A program made the translations under genes and the position numbers. Shown here piece by piece: positions 61,694 to 64,000 of a stretch of DNA of 64,000 bases (the first letter of the stretch is position 1; every line of letters starts with the position of its first letter). Below the pieces are notes generated by a model. The model did no database searches, was not told the origin of the DNA, and worked only from the letters and a program-made list of their open reading frames with translations. The stretch lies in NCBI GenBank assembly GCA_963665235.2, contig CAXXLX010000001.1, forward strand, positions 3,776,001-3,840,000, given 5' to 3'. The stretch is from Candidatus Poribacteria bacterium (GTDB lineage: Bacteria > Poribacteria > WGA-4E > WGA-3G).

Positions 61694-62296
61694 TCAATTC
61701 ATATCCGATACCGCCTTGAATACAGCATTGAACGCGCCAAAGAGCGTCGGTAAATTCGATAGGGCAAAGTCTGTTCTGTTTCGGGTGAAGGTATCACCGA
61801 TAAGCTGTCCAAATTGCCAAAATGTTCCATCAGTGACAATCCCGTATACCGGAAAATCGGCCTCGTCATTTATTTTTTGGGCAGCGATTAACTCCGCTAG
61901 ACATTGTCCCCATCCCTGCTCAAAATCGTTTTTCTTTGCTTCAACGAGCAGTATCAAAGGGCTCCCGACAACCGTCTTGCCTAATTCGGAGCGGGTGGCG
62001 ATAAAATAATCTGGCGTTCCGCTTAGGATATTATCGTAAGTGAGGGTTTGCTTTATCCAGAGCGCGTATTGCGCGGCGTAAGCCTTATAGTTTTCCTTCA
62101 AAACTGGAAAGATAATTGCCTCACAACGGGCCGCTTCGGATGCGAATACATTGATATGCTCCCGGGTAAATTCAAAATCGCGCAGGAATTCTGCCGAGGG
62201 GTTTGATGGTTCGACTTTCACAAAGTCCGCTTCGGCATATCTGATTCTGAATTTTTCTTGAACTTCAGAGATGGTTTTGAAATCACTAAATGCCAC
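61694..62296 (-). CDS. Restriction endonuclease-like (HsdR_N/PD-(D/E)xK fold) protein
   Basis: GTPDY, LVEAKK, GWGQCLAEL, YGIVTDG..WQF; GTG start with AGGAG SD. Confidence 0.75.
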   Translation of the reverse strand: MAFSDFKTISEVQEKFRIRYAEADFVKVEPSNPSAEFLRDFEFTREHINVFASEAARCEAIIFPVLKENYKAYAAQYALWIKQTLTYDNILSGTPDYFIATRSELGKTVVGSPLILLVEAKKNDFEQGWGQCLAELIAAQKINDEADFPVYGIVTDGTFWQFGQLIGDTFTRNRTDFALSNLPTLFGAFNAVFKAVSDMN

Positions 62297-62405
62297 GGTT
62301 TTACTCCTCTTCTGTACCAGATGTCCTTGCAAATTAACGAACGGAATATCTATCAATTATTATACCTTGTCTTGGCGATTGATGCCAATGTTTTATAGCC
62401 TTTCC

Positions 62406-63869
62406 TCAATCCAACGGAAATAGAGGTCGCCGCACATTTTGATATGCAAAATGTTGCGGATTCACCGCAGTCAACCCTGGTGTATCCACCTCAATAATCT
62501 CTCCTGCAATCGGTTGATATGCAGCACGGTAGGCAATTGCGGCTTTGACGACAATCATCCGCATCGCTGTCGGGTCAATACCTAAGCTCAACAGCTGCTG
62601 AAGACTAAACGGGGTTTGCCGTTTGCTCGTCAATACAACCAGGGAATCCCTAACAGCAACAACGGCTGTTACCCCTTGGTCGTGATATTTGTGTCCGCCG
62701 TGTCGAGGCTCCGTCTCTACAAAACGTCCATCGTGGATTAAGCGGACTTTACCCCGAATTGCAACTGGGGCACCGTGTCGATTGTCTGTTTTCCCGCCGA
62801 CGTGGAGGAAAATATCGTTAGCAACCCCCGCTTGGATACAGGTTTGAACACCGGCCGGGTCAAAGAGGATAACGACAAATCTGGCCGCGCCCTGCCGTAG
62901 CAATTCCGCCAAAACGGTAGTGCTATCCCCCGGTGAACCCCCGCCGATGTTATCCCCCATTTCAACTATGATAACAGGCTGCTTTTCACTGATAACGGCT
63001 CGCTGAACAGCCTGCGCTGCATCCGGTAGGTTAAGCGTCAATTGTTCACGGACATCCCATAACATCTCCGACAACCGTGCTGCTTCGCTCTGTGCAAGCT
63101 GTAGGTCGTCATCGGTGACAACGACGAAAGATGGGCCTGCTTCGTAGACATCGGCGTATGGATAGCCCGCGGCGACATTGGCGACGAGGACATCAGGACG
63201 GTGTTCCACGTGTTGCGCAGCGTTAAGGATAGCGAGCATCGGGTCAGCACTCGTGTTCTGATACAAGATATTGAGAAGCATCGGGGGTTTCGCGAGGGCT
63301 TGCGTCGGCGTGATGTTGTCCATTAGGATTTGCTTCATAAGCTTGCCCGCCTGCAAACCTCGTTCCCGCTGGTCAACGTGTGGGTTCGTTTTGTAGATTA
63401 CGAGGGCGGTCGATTCTGCCACCATCTGCTCGGAGACATTGGCGTGATGGTCTAATGTAACGACGATTGGAAAATCGGGGCCGAAAGCGTGGCGTAGTCT
63501 TTTCAGGAGCTCACCGTCTCCATCGGGATAGCTCTCTACCACCATCGCACCGTGCAAGGCGAGTAGGAGTCCTTCATGTTTCGGGGCAGCTTCGAGCTGT
63601 TGAATTAACGTATCGGTGAGCCGTTCGAAAGCGGCATCAGTTACGGGGCCGGCTGGCGTTGCAGAGGTCATCAGGGTGGGATGCGCGATATAACCGTGCT
63701 GCGTGGCACCTTGTATAAACCCGCCCATTTCGTGATGCGTCTCCCCCCAGATGTCAAATATTTCAGCACCGACAGTATAAGAGCCGTTTTGGAAGGCGGT
63801 AAAATCGGTTGGGGTATCACTAAAGGTATTGGATTCGTGCATGATACCGCCAATTGCAACTGTTTTCAT
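62406..63869 (-). CDS. M81 family metallopeptidase (MlrC-like)
   Basis: HESNTF, LHGAM, LDHHAN, PHVD, DNIGGG, RRPLFPLD. Confidence 0.92.
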   Translation of the reverse strand: MKTVAIGGIMHESNTFSDTPTDFTAFQNGSYTVGAEIFDIWGETHHEMGGFIQGATQHGYIAHPTLMTSATPAGPVTDAAFERLTDTLIQQLEAAPKHEGLLLALHGAMVVESYPDGDGELLKRLRHAFGPDFPIVVTLDHHANVSEQMVAESTALVIYKTNPHVDQRERGLQAGKLMKQILMDNITPTQALAKPPMLLNILYQNTSADPMLAILNAAQHVEHRPDVLVANVAAGYPYADVYEAGPSFVVVTDDDLQLAQSEAARLSEMLWDVREQLTLNLPDAAQAVQRAVISEKQPVIIVEMGDNIGGGSPGDSTTVLAELLRQGAARFVVILFDPAGVQTCIQAGVANDIFLHVGGKTDNRHGAPVAIRGKVRLIHDGRFVETEPRHGGHKYHDQGVTAVVAVRDSLVVLTSKRQTPFSLQQLLSLGIDPTAMRMIVVKAAIAYRAAYQPIAGEIIEVDTPGLTAVNPQHFAYQNVRRPLFPLD

Positions 63870-64000
63870 GGTATTCTCCTTATTAGCAAATTGGCGATTA
63901 GCGATTGGCAATTAGCGATTAGCAAGAGAAAGAAAAGAGAAGATCCTCTTATATTTCTTGCCAATGATTTCCAATAGTCAATCAGCCAACAGCCAGTAAC

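Overview
This is a bacterial chromosomal window of roughly 48% GC (estimated by eye). It is inferred to resemble Ca. Poribacteria, given five PhyH-family dioxygenases, giant TPR, WD40 and PQQ-propeller proteins, Rpn genes and repeat-laden intergenic regions. Housekeeping genes include glyA, folC, hppA, ilvD and pckG, plus ABC and TRAP transporters. The strongest novelty candidate is 681..2627, a single-chain fusion of an apparently catalytically intact archaeal-TGT/DpdA-type transglycosylase with the archaeosine-synthase (ArcS) motif PCX3KPYX2SX2H. The two domains are joined by a linker with a clamp-binding-like QLELF motif and there is no PUA domain, so it is a possible one-protein 7-deazaguanine DNA-modifying enzyme. 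Two IsrB/omegaRNA IS200/605 elements are present. One splits a DUF4234 gene, and restoring the reading frame places an ATGA TAM in the target. The intact copy lies upstream of a Zn-finger-HNH-WYL gene. Two Rpn loci have internal Shine-Dalgarno/start sites (gene-within-gene antitoxin). At least six MITE families are nested in each other and carry tandem-amplified GTAG-type REP hairpins. No CRISPR array, tRNA or rRNA was recognised. All calls come from reading the sequence by eye, without database searches.
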